Shown: piece by piece, positions 1 through 7,780 of the stretch
How the letters are laid out: each line of letters begins with the position of its first letter
How positions within the stretch are numbered: the stretch's first letter is position 1
DNA from: Elusimicrobiota bacterium
GTDB taxonomy: Bacteria; Elusimicrobiota; Elusimicrobia; Elusimicrobiales; UBA9959
Length of the DNA: 21,471 nucleotides
Direction of reading: 5' to 3'
Assembly: GCA_036574205.1 (NCBI GenBank)
Contig: JAINCQ010000033.1
Span: forward strand, 1 to 21,471
Translations under genes and position numbers: made by a program
The notes under the pieces: model-generated
Told to the model about the DNA's origin: nothing
Seen by the model: the letters and a program-made list of their open reading frames with translations, nothing else
Databases searched by the model: none

Positions 1-8
1 ACGCCTCA

Positions 9-209
9 CCCGGCGCGACAGCTTACCGCTGTCTCTTAGCAAAGCACGGCCTGTACGGGATTCTCCCACAAATAAATTTTGCTAACCGCAAAATTTTTCG
101 CGGGCCGCCCCTCGCAAAACTGTATGCCCAGGTTTTGCTGCGGGCTTTCGAATCCCGGCGCAACAGCTTGACGCTGTTGCTTAGTACCAGCACGGCCTGT
201 ACGGGATTC
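9..209 (-). repeat. Imperfect direct repeat (copies 9-63 and 154-209, period 145-146 bp) made of the tRNA-Glu 3' end plus a trailer hairpin
   Basis: Exact 21-bp match AGCACGGCCTGTACGGGATTC at 43-63 and 189-209. The flanks also align: CCCGGCGCGACAGCTTACCGCTGTCTCTTAG (9-39) vs CCCGGCGCAACAGCTTGACGCTGTTGCTTAG (154-184). Confidence 0.92.
56..157 (-). other. Structured three-way-junction element between the two tRNA 3'-end copies
   Basis: Closing stem CGGGATTC (56-63) / GAATCCCG (150-157). It encloses hairpin 65-104 (AAATTTTGC/GCAAAATTT core plus an 8-bp outer stem that needs two G-U pairs, available only on the minus strand) and hairpin 107-145 (GCAAAAC/GTTTTGC plus GCCC/GGGC). Confidence 0.7.
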
Positions 210-266
210 GAACCCGTGATCTCCGCCTTGAGAGGGCGGCGTCCTGGGCCGCTAGACGAACAGGCC
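193..266 (-). tRNA. tRNA-Glu, anticodon CTC; CCA end not encoded
   Basis: Minus strand reads GGCCTGTTCGTCTAGCGGCCCAGGACGCCGCCCTCTCAAGGCGGAGATCACGGGTTCGAATCCCGTACAGGCCG. Acceptor stem GGCCTGT/ACAGGCC, anticodon arm CCGCC-CTCTCAA-GGCGG, T-arm with GGTTCGAATCC. Confidence 0.97.
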
Positions 267-276
267 ATATATTAAT

Positions 277-285
277 ATTTTAGCA
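277..285 (-). promoter_or_regulatory. Putative extended -10 promoter (TG-C-TAAAAT) for tRNA-Glu
   Basis: The minus strand reads TGCTAAAAT, ending 10 nt upstream of the mature tRNA 5' end; this matches the TGnTAnnnT consensus. Confidence 0.55.
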
Positions 286-319
286 AAAAAAGAAAAATTT
301 AATATTTTCGGACTTATCT

Positions 320-1072
320 TTATCTCTTTATAGAAAGGTCTTTGAACTTGATAAAATAGAATGGAACTTTCTGGACATAAATTTTTGTTTCTTTAAACGG
401 AGGAATCCCTTCATAAGGCGGTTTATCATATTTACGTACATTACCTGGGCCTGCATTATAGGCCGCTATAACCTTTTTGACTTCTTTTTTTGATATATCT
501 TCTTTTGAAATATTTTCATAATCAAATCCTGGTGCAAATTGAGAGAATAGATATCGCATATATTTAATCCCATATTTTATATTAACATCTGGATTGGTCA
601 ATTTAGATGTGTCTTTAAGTCCAAGCCATCTAGCGGTTTCAGGTAAAAGCTGCATAAGACCAACTGCCCCAACTGAACTTTTTGCTTTAGGATTAAAATT
701 AGACTCTTTTTTAATAATAGCAAGGGCAAGTTCAATATCAAACCCCTGTTCCTTTGAGTTTTTTATAACAATGTCAAGATATTTAATTTGATTTATATTG
801 GTTATATCAAAACCCTTATCTAAATCAATATCTATACCTTTTTTTATATCAGCTGAAGTTCTTGGGATATTTACACTCTCAGGAGGCGGTGTTGTAGGTA
901 ATGTCGGATCAAATTCTCCATCATCTTCATTACTCGTTTTTTCAATAGACAAGCCAACCGATGGTGGTGTGACTAAATTTAAAAAATTATCTTTTTCACC
1001 ATTTTCAAAATCAAAAGAATTAAGGTTATACATCACTATAAAAACTAATCCTAAAATCATAATATTCTTCAT
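320..1072 (-). CDS. Lytic transglycosylase (SLT domain) with N-terminal signal/membrane anchor and acidic Pro-rich linker
   Basis: SLT motifs IIKKESNFNPKAKS (catalytic Glu), GAVGLMQL, AAYNAGPGNV and PPFKET.YV.KV; hydrophobic N-terminus. Confidence 0.92.
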   Translation of the reverse strand: MKNIMILGLVFIVMYNLNSFDFENGEKDNFLNLVTPPSVGLSIEKTSNEDDGEFDPTLPTTPPPESVNIPRTSADIKKGIDIDLDKGFDITNINQIKYLDIVIKNSKEQGFDIELALAIIKKESNFNPKAKSSVGAVGLMQLLPETARWLGLKDTSKLTNPDVNIKYGIKYMRYLFSQFAPGFDYENISKEDISKKEVKKVIAAYNAGPGNVRKYDKPPYEGIPPFKETKIYVQKVPFYFIKFKDLSIKR

Positions 1073-1078
1073 ATTTAA

Positions 1079-1107
1079 TATATAATTAAAACCCGGATAA
1101 ATGTCAA
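1079..1107 (-). promoter_or_regulatory. Putative sigma70 promoter of the transglycosylase gene
   Basis: Perfect TTGACA at 1107-1102, a 17-nt spacer, then TATATA (1084-1079), 6 nt before the ATG. Confidence 0.5.
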
Positions 1108-1119
1108 GTGCCTAAAGTC

Positions 1120-2265
1120 CTATTTAAGTTTTTCCTGACTCAAGTAACTTCTATTTAATCTGAAATTTATTATACTTTCATCATCTCTTTTCTTTCTGCC
1201 AACAAGAATCTCTGTTATTATCCATCCTAAACCCGGTCCTAACATAAACCCCTGTCCGCACATACCAACTGAAATAATATAGTTTTTTATTCCCCCCGCG
1301 TCAAAATCTACTATTGGAAATCCGTCAGGAGTCATAGGATATAATCCACGCCATATTCTTCTTATTCTAACGCTCTTTAAAGATGGTATAAGGTTTAAAA
1401 TTCTTCTTGAAATTTCACCTAAAAAATCGGAAGAAGTCCTTCTGTCATAACCCCACTGAGGTGGATTTGGAGTAAGACAAAATATTATTTGTCCCTCAAA
1501 ATTTTGATAAAAATAACAATTCTGGGAGTTTTCTTCCCTTCTAATATCAACTATCATTGGAGTAAAAAATTTATCAATAGGTTCTGTTATACCAGCTGGA
1601 TGTGAATCTGGCTTCACAAAAACATCAACACCAAGCATCAATGAAACAGCCTTTGCATGCGAGCCTGCAGCATTTATTAAATAACTTGACTCATACTCGC
1701 CTTTATCAGTTTTAATTAAAAAATTATCTTTTTTAGTTATTTCAATAACCCTTTCTTTAAATTTAAAAACCGAACCATATTCAAGAGATTTGAAATAAAA
1801 AGCATTTATTGAAAGAAGTGGAGAGGCAGAACCATCATCTGGAGAAAAAGTTCCTCCTCTTAAGTTCTCTGTATTTATACCCCTTACAAGAGATTTGACT
1901 TCTTCTTTATCTATCCATTTTATATTAAGCCCATATCCTTTCTGAACCTTTAAAAGTTCCTTTAAAACTTTTTCATTATTTTCATCATAAACTGGGAAAA
2001 GATATCCTCCTTTATTCCATCCTATATCATCACCATAAGTTTCTTTCCAGGTTGAAAATATTTCAAGGCTTTTCATACATGTTTTTATTTTTGAAAAATC
2101 AGAATGAGTGGCTCTGACCCCCCCAATAGCGGCTTTATTCTGACCCTGGCCCGGTGATGAGTTTTTTTCTATCACACAAACTTTAAATTTCTCTTTTGAG
2201 AGGAACATAGAAAGGGGAGTCCCGATACTCCCTGCGCCAATAATTATTACATCAAACTTTTCCAT
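1120..2265 (-). CDS. FAD-dependent oxidoreductase, DAO family (sarcosine oxidase beta / dye-linked L-proline dehydrogenase beta-like)
   Basis: N-terminal DVIIIGAGSIG dinucleotide-binding motif, INAAGSHA, W.GLYPMTPDGFPI and GMCGQGFMLGPG; SD AAGGAG upstream. Confidence 0.88.
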   Translation of the reverse strand: MEKFDVIIIGAGSIGTPLSMFLSKEKFKVCVIEKNSSPGQGQNKAAIGGVRATHSDFSKIKTCMKSLEIFSTWKETYGDDIGWNKGGYLFPVYDENNEKVLKELLKVQKGYGLNIKWIDKEEVKSLVRGINTENLRGGTFSPDDGSASPLLSINAFYFKSLEYGSVFKFKERVIEITKKDNFLIKTDKGEYESSYLINAAGSHAKAVSLMLGVDVFVKPDSHPAGITEPIDKFFTPMIVDIRREENSQNCYFYQNFEGQIIFCLTPNPPQWGYDRRTSSDFLGEISRRILNLIPSLKSVRIRRIWRGLYPMTPDGFPIVDFDAGGIKNYIISVGMCGQGFMLGPGLGWIITEILVGRKKRDDESIINFRLNRSYLSQEKLK

Positions 2266-2276
2266 ATCACATCTCC

Positions 2277-4373
2277 TTAAAAATTACTAAAATTATCATT
2301 AATCTTATCTTCTTTCTTGTTAAGTCCGGCAAAACTTCCAAAATCTATTTCAACAAAAAGTGGCCTCTTTGTTAGATCAGTCACCTCATCCAGCTTAACC
2401 CCTTCCGACCTCATTATGTTCAAGAGAAGCTGACCACAGGTTTTAGCGCCGCAAGATCCCATTCCAACCCTTGTTATAGCTTTTAGTTGATTTAAATCCT
2501 TAACCCCCTTTCTTATCCATTTTCTTATCTCTCCAAGTTTCACCCTTTCACATCTACAAACTATTATGTCATCACTCATAAATTTTAATTCCGATGAATG
2601 TTTTATAAAAAATTCATCATCTAAAATTTTTAATGAGGCTATTTTATCAGCATACGCATCATCTGCTTTAATTCCTATCGCAATTGTTTTTTCAGCCTTA
2701 AAATTTCTTTTCTCAACTACCTCACACTCTCCAAGATATCTACCTTCAATATCAACAGCTATAACTTTTTCCCCTTTTTCTATTGCGACATCTATCTCCA
2801 TAGGAACCCATACAATTGGAGAAATATCTTTTCTCTTATCTACAATAGTTATGGCAAGTCCAGGGCAGATCAAAAGACATTTAAAACATCCTATACATTC
2901 TCCTTCAAAGTAGGGAAGACTTGTTATGCTTTTCTCCTCAAGTTTTATTGATTTCTTCGGGCATACTGTTACACACGGATTACATGGGATTTCCTGATTA
3001 CAATGTATAACCGGATATATCCTGAGTTGCTTATTATAATTTATTTCTCTTTTTTTTATATTGCCAGGCCTTGATTTTAATATATTAAGCTTTTCAAACC
3101 AGAACCCCGGAACTTCATTTGTAACAAAACCAAGATACTTTAACGCTTTATGCGCCGCTATTTTACCACTAAACATTGCAGCCGAAGCTTCTGCTATTTC
3201 TTCGGCATCACCACAAATAAAAGATGGAATCTGATAATCTACTGCTTGATGGTAAAGTTCATTTACAGGATTTAAACCGCAGGCTATAAGGATAGTATCT
3301 ACATTAAAAACTTTTTCCCGTCCAGGTATCGGATTATAATTTTTATCAACCTCACAAATAATCACTCTTTCAACACAATCTTTTCCCTCAGCTTTTAATA
3401 TCGTATGTGAAGTATACACCTTAACCCCAAGCCTCTTTATTTTATCCTCATGAACCTTATAACCACCACATTTTTCTGAAACCTCGCAAAGCCCAACCAC
3501 TTTTATATTAGCCTGAATTGCGTGATATGCGGCAATAAGCCCAACATTTCCACCACCAACAATAAAAATTCTATCCGATGCTTTTACAAGATCTCTATTT
3601 ACCAGAGTCTGGAAAGCGCCAGCGCCATATATTCCGGGAAGAGTATTGCCTTCAAAAAGAAGAGTCTTTTCTCTTGCGCCAGTTGCAAAAATCGCAAGTT
3701 TTGGTTTTATTAAATAACAGACTCCATTTTTTATAACACCTATTTTTTTATCAGAAAAAACTCCAAATACAGTAGACTCAAGCCATATTTTGATTGAAGG
3801 ATATTTTGAAATGTCCGAAGCAAGTTTATCCGCTATCTCTATACCACGCATCCCTGCATAACAATCATCAACAGAACCAAAAAATTTATGAGTTTGAAGA
3901 ACAAGTTTCCCGCCAGGTTTATCCTTATCATCTACAACAAGGACATCAAGGTTAAATTTCCCCAGTTCAATAGCTGCGCTCAAACCGCTAGGTCCGCCTC
4001 CAACAACAATTACATCAGTTTCAATCTCTTCTATTTTTGAGTAGTTATTTTTTATTGTTTTCTCTTCAAAATCTATAGATGCAACTCCTTTAATAGCATA
4101 TATCTCCATATCCTCTTTAACTTTAGTAATGCAGGCTTTTACCACTTTCCCCCAGGCAATAACACTACACTGGGAGCATTGTCCATTTGCGCAGAATATA
4201 CCCTGTGGAGCATTATCCTTTTTATGATAGCCAAAAATTTTTATTCCGTTAGCGAAAAGTGCTGATGAAATAACCTCACCCTCAAAAGCAAACATTTCTT
4301 TCCCTTCAAAATAAAACCTTATTTTTTTTCTTTCTTTTATTTCAACTATTGGATGGGTTTTAACTCTATTCAT
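2277..4373 (-). CDS. Multidomain flavo-iron-sulfur protein: 2Fe-2S domain + pyridine nucleotide-disulfide oxidoreductase domain + 2x4Fe-4S ferredoxin + BFD-like 2Fe-2S (sarcosine oxidase alpha / proline dehydrogenase alpha-like)
   Basis: GIFCANGQCSQC..KAC; VVGGGPSG; ATGARE; VGGGNVG; CNQEIPCNPCVTVCP and CIGCFKCLLICP; VCRCERV..GMGSCGAKTC. Start moved from 4403 to ATG 4373 because AAAGGAG lies 7 nt upstream of it. Confidence 0.88.
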   Translation of the reverse strand: MNRVKTHPIVEIKERKKIRFYFEGKEMFAFEGEVISSALFANGIKIFGYHKKDNAPQGIFCANGQCSQCSVIAWGKVVKACITKVKEDMEIYAIKGVASIDFEEKTIKNNYSKIEEIETDVIVVGGGPSGLSAAIELGKFNLDVLVVDDKDKPGGKLVLQTHKFFGSVDDCYAGMRGIEIADKLASDISKYPSIKIWLESTVFGVFSDKKIGVIKNGVCYLIKPKLAIFATGAREKTLLFEGNTLPGIYGAGAFQTLVNRDLVKASDRIFIVGGGNVGLIAAYHAIQANIKVVGLCEVSEKCGGYKVHEDKIKRLGVKVYTSHTILKAEGKDCVERVIICEVDKNYNPIPGREKVFNVDTILIACGLNPVNELYHQAVDYQIPSFICGDAEEIAEASAAMFSGKIAAHKALKYLGFVTNEVPGFWFEKLNILKSRPGNIKKREINYNKQLRIYPVIHCNQEIPCNPCVTVCPKKSIKLEEKSITSLPYFEGECIGCFKCLLICPGLAITIVDKRKDISPIVWVPMEIDVAIEKGEKVIAVDIEGRYLGECEVVEKRNFKAEKTIAIGIKADDAYADKIASLKILDDEFFIKHSSELKFMSDDIIVCRCERVKLGEIRKWIRKGVKDLNQLKAITRVGMGSCGAKTCGQLLLNIMRSEGVKLDEVTDLTKRPLFVEIDFGSFAGLNKKEDKINDNFSNF

Positions 4374-4416
4374 ATTTCTTCTCCTTTTGTTTTTGAAACA
4401 CACAGCTGCTAAAAAA

Positions 4417-4426
4417 ATTATATAAT
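4417..4426. promoter_or_regulatory. Palindromic ATTATATAAT giving a TATAAT -10 box on each strand between divergent operons
   Basis: TATAAT at 4421-4426 (+) and at 4422-4417 (-), in the 82-bp gap between the divergent starts at 4373 and 4456. Confidence 0.5.
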
Positions 4427-4455
4427 ATTTAAAGATGAATAGAACTGGAGGAAAA

Positions 4456-5988
4456 ATGAAGTTTATCTATTTTTTTATGCTTTTAATAATCTGGCAGGGA
4501 GCGTATTCTATGGAAAAAACAAAACTTGAGATGCTTGAAAAAATGGGAGCGACTGTTGAAAAAGATAATAGATATCCTGAGGTTATTTATTATAAATTAA
4601 AGAATGGTCTTAAACTTATAATGCTTGAAAAAAAGTTTGCGCCTGTTGTTTCTTTTACAATGATATTTAAGGTTGGAAATGTAGACAACATCCAGGGACA
4701 AACTGGACTAGCTCATTTATTTGAGCATATGGCTTTTAAAGGAACACCAAATATCGGCTCAAAGGATTATAAGAAAGAGAAAGAAATAATAGATAAGATA
4801 GACGCTATTGAAAATGAAATAAATGAAGAGGATAAAAAACCTGAAAAAAATTATGAAAAAATAAAAAAATTAAAGGAAGAGGTGAAAGCCCTTGAGGCAG
4901 AAGCGGAAAAGTATCAAATAAGAGAAGAGTTCTGGAAAGTTTATAACGAGCTTGGACAACATAATATGAACGCATTTACATCCACTGATTATACAGGATA
5001 CGTAGTAGAACTTCCATCTGACAGGATTGAATCTTATTTTATTATAGAATCTGATAGATTTAAAAATCCGGCAATGAGGGATTTTTACAAAGAAAGAAGT
5101 GTTGTTCTGGAAGAATTAAGAATGAACAAATCAGATCCATCGCGTACAACGTGGGAAAATCTTTTTTCCCATGCATTTAGCGCCCATCCCTATCATAATC
5201 CAACTATAGGATGGGAAGATGATGTAAGTCATTTAACAAGAAAGGACGCTCAAGATTTCTATAAAAAGTTTTATGGGCCAAACAATGCTACACTTGCAAT
5301 AGTTGGAGATATAGACCCAATACAAATAATAAAACTGGCTGAACAATACTTTTCAAGCTGGGAGAAAGTTAACATTCCGGACACAAACTATACTAAAGAA
5401 CCTCCACAACAGGCTGAAAAAATAATAAAAGTTTTTTTCCCGGCAAAACCCTCTTTAAGGATGGGATTTAAAAACCCCGGAATGGCTCATAATGATATGC
5501 CTGCCTTAATAGTTGCAAGCGAAATCCTTGGTAATGGAAATACCTCCAGACTTTATAAAAAACTTGTTGAGGAAAAACAAATGGCTCTTTATATCGGTTC
5601 ATATCACTCCACTCCTGGAGATAGATATCCATCCCTTTTTATAATTGCCTCTGCCCCAAAAGGTAAGACATCTGTGGAAGAACTTGATAACGCAATAATG
5701 AGTGAGATAACAGAATTTATAAAAAACCCCCCAACCCAATGGGAAATAGAGAAGGTTATAAATAATTATGAAATAAGCATATTAAAAGACCTTGAATCAA
5801 ATCTTGAATTTGCAAAAACACTCGCATACAACGAACAAATTATGGGAAATTGGAAATTTTCATGGGACTTACTTGAAAAGATAAAAAAAGTAAAAAGCGA
5901 GGATGTTGTTGAAGTAGTAAAAAAGTATCTTATACCAGCCAACAGGACAGTGGTATATCTGATTGAAAACAATAGCGAAAAAAAATAA
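4456..5988 (+). CDS. M16B (pitrilysin/insulinase family) zinc peptidase, catalytic subunit, with signal peptide
   Basis: GLAHLFEHMAFKG (HXXEH), NAFTS, ERSVVLEE, HPY..PTIG, FY.KFYGPNNA.LAIVGD. Start placed at ATG 4456 after GGAGG (the ORF track starts at 4435). Confidence 0.93.
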   Translation: MKFIYFFMLLIIWQGAYSMEKTKLEMLEKMGATVEKDNRYPEVIYYKLKNGLKLIMLEKKFAPVVSFTMIFKVGNVDNIQGQTGLAHLFEHMAFKGTPNIGSKDYKKEKEIIDKIDAIENEINEEDKKPEKNYEKIKKLKEEVKALEAEAEKYQIREEFWKVYNELGQHNMNAFTSTDYTGYVVELPSDRIESYFIIESDRFKNPAMRDFYKERSVVLEELRMNKSDPSRTTWENLFSHAFSAHPYHNPTIGWEDDVSHLTRKDAQDFYKKFYGPNNATLAIVGDIDPIQIIKLAEQYFSSWEKVNIPDTNYTKEPPQQAEKIIKVFFPAKPSLRMGFKNPGMAHNDMPALIVASEILGNGNTSRLYKKLVEEKQMALYIGSYHSTPGDRYPSLFIIASAPKGKTSVEELDNAIMSEITEFIKNPPTQWEIEKVINNYEISILKDLESNLEFAKTLAYNEQIMGNWKFSWDLLEKIKKVKSEDVVEVVKKYLIPANRTVVYLIENNSEKK

Positions 5989-5998
5989 GGAGTAAATT

Positions 5999-7393
5999 AT
6001 GAAAAAAACTATATTTCTTTTATCAGGAGTGATAATTATGCAAACAAAATTATTTGCTTCAAACCTTCCAATTCCATCATATAAAAATGTAGACTTTAAG
6101 CCCCCTAAGATAAAAACTATTACGCTTGAAAATGGAATAAAGCTATACATACAAAAAGATCAGACCCTTCCTCTTATAAGATTAAGTCTACTCATAAAAA
6201 CGGGAAAGGTTTATGACCCTATAGATATGGCTGGATTGGGTGAGTTATTTTTTGAAACCTTGAGGGATGGAGGAAGTAAAAAATTTAAATCAGAGGATAT
6301 AGATAAAAAACTTGAATATCTGGGTGCTGAAATACTATCCAGGATAAACAACGAGGATGCAAATATAAGCATGTTTTCCCACAAAAAAAACTTTGATGAA
6401 GTATTTGAAATATTTGGAGATCTTGTTAAAAATCCCGCTTTTGAACTGGAAAAATTTAATTTGAAAAAGCAAGAATCTATTGAAATGATAAAAAGGAGAA
6501 ACGATAACCCTGATAAACAAGCATCAAGAGAAGCTGTCAGAATGTTTTTTGGCAAAGACCATCCCTATGGAGTAAGAGCTGAGATTGAAACTGTTGAAAA
6601 AATAACGGTTAATGATTTAAAGAAATACCATGAAAATTATTTTAAATCAAATAACCTCCTTGTTGTTGTAGCTGGAGATTTTGATGAGAATGAAATGATA
6701 AATAAAATAAAAAATACATTTGAAAGCATACCAAAAGGAGATGCATCCTTTCCAAAGATAGATGAACCAAAATTAAATAATGAAAGAAAAATCTATTTAA
6801 TAGATAAACCCATAAGACAAACCTTCATAGTAATATTAAATAAGGGTATTAGAAGGCATGATCCAAAAGAGTACGCATTAACAGTTTTAAGCGAATATAT
6901 GGGTGGAGGGATCCAATCAAAGCTCGGCAATGAAATAAGATCAAAAAGGGGACTTGCATATAGTGTTTATTCATATTTTGCTAAAAGAGATCTTTCAGGT
7001 TTTATAATCACATATCTTGGGACAAAACCAGAAAGCGTTTATCAGGCAATTAATCAAATATTTATTGAAATGGAAAAAGCGAGAAAAGGAGAAATAGATT
7101 TAAAGGAATTTGAAATGGCAAAATCTCAGATTATAAATTCTTTTGTTTTTAGATTTCCAAATGCCTTTTCTTTACTTGCTGAAAAAGCAGGATATGATCT
7201 ATACGGATATGAAGAAGATTATCTTGAAAACTATGTTAAAAATATAAACAACGTAAAACTTGAAGATATAATAGAAATAGCAAAAGAATATTATGATACC
7301 CAGAACCCCCTTATATTTGTTGTAGGTGATTCAAAAAAGTTTGATAAGCCTCTTGAAACTTTAGGAAAGGTAGAAATACTTAAAGAGGATTGA
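5999..7393 (+). CDS. M16B peptidase partner subunit (non-catalytic, lacks HXXEH)
   Basis: M16 fold motifs (LENGIKLY, HPYG, VVAGDFD) and IRSKRGLAYSV (R/Y pair); GLGELFFE where HXXEH would be; SD AAGGAG. Confidence 0.9.
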   Translation: MKKTIFLLSGVIIMQTKLFASNLPIPSYKNVDFKPPKIKTITLENGIKLYIQKDQTLPLIRLSLLIKTGKVYDPIDMAGLGELFFETLRDGGSKKFKSEDIDKKLEYLGAEILSRINNEDANISMFSHKKNFDEVFEIFGDLVKNPAFELEKFNLKKQESIEMIKRRNDNPDKQASREAVRMFFGKDHPYGVRAEIETVEKITVNDLKKYHENYFKSNNLLVVVAGDFDENEMINKIKNTFESIPKGDASFPKIDEPKLNNERKIYLIDKPIRQTFIVILNKGIRRHDPKEYALTVLSEYMGGGIQSKLGNEIRSKRGLAYSVYSYFAKRDLSGFIITYLGTKPESVYQAINQIFIEMEKARKGEIDLKEFEMAKSQIINSFVFRFPNAFSLLAEKAGYDLYGYEEDYLENYVKNINNVKLEDIIEIAKEYYDTQNPLIFVVGDSKKFDKPLETLGKVEILKED

Positions 7394-7779
7394 ATCTGGA
7401 TAATAAGTTCATAAAACAATTTTGTAAATATACAATTGTTGGAGGAGTTGCTTTTTGTGTAGACTATTTTTTACTCTGGTTTTTGACAGAATTTGCAAAA
7501 GTATATTATCTTATCTCATCAGCGCTCTCTTTTATGACTGGACTTATAGTAAACTATATCTTAAGCATAGTTTGGGTTTTTGATAAAAGGAGAATAAAAA
7601 ATAGAAGGTTAGAGTTTTTATTTTTTGGGATTATTGGAATTATAGGTCTTATAATTAATCAGTTTTCAATGTGGTTTCTAACTGAAAAAACACAGATATT
7701 TTACCTTTATTCAAAAATTATAGCTGCGATATTAGTTTTGATATGGAATTTCACAATAAGAAAGATTTTGCTTTTTTAA
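7390..7779 (+). CDS. GtrA family small membrane protein (polyprenyl-phosphate-sugar flippase-like)
   Basis: 129 aa with about four hydrophobic segments, QF.KY.IVGG, NY.LS..WVF and SK......V..WNF. The TTG start overlaps the upstream TGA stop (TTGA). Confidence 0.9.
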   Translation: MNLDNKFIKQFCKYTIVGGVAFCVDYFLLWFLTEFAKVYYLISSALSFMTGLIVNYILSIVWVFDKRRIKNRRLEFLFFGIIGIIGLIINQFSMWFLTEKTQIFYLYSKIIAAILVLIWNFTIRKILLF

Positions 7780-7780
7780 T

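Noticed and set aside
160..180. Intrinsic terminator for tRNA-Glu
   Set aside because: The hairpin is good but is followed by GCCGGG on the transcribed strand, not a U-tract.
9..209. CRISPR array interpretation of the direct repeats
   Set aside because: There are only two copies, the repeat is a tRNA 3' end, the spacing is about 146 bp, and no cas genes are present.
23..268. 81-aa minus-strand ORF
   Set aside because: It reads through the tRNA-Glu gene and its structured trailer, with no SD and no protein-like features.
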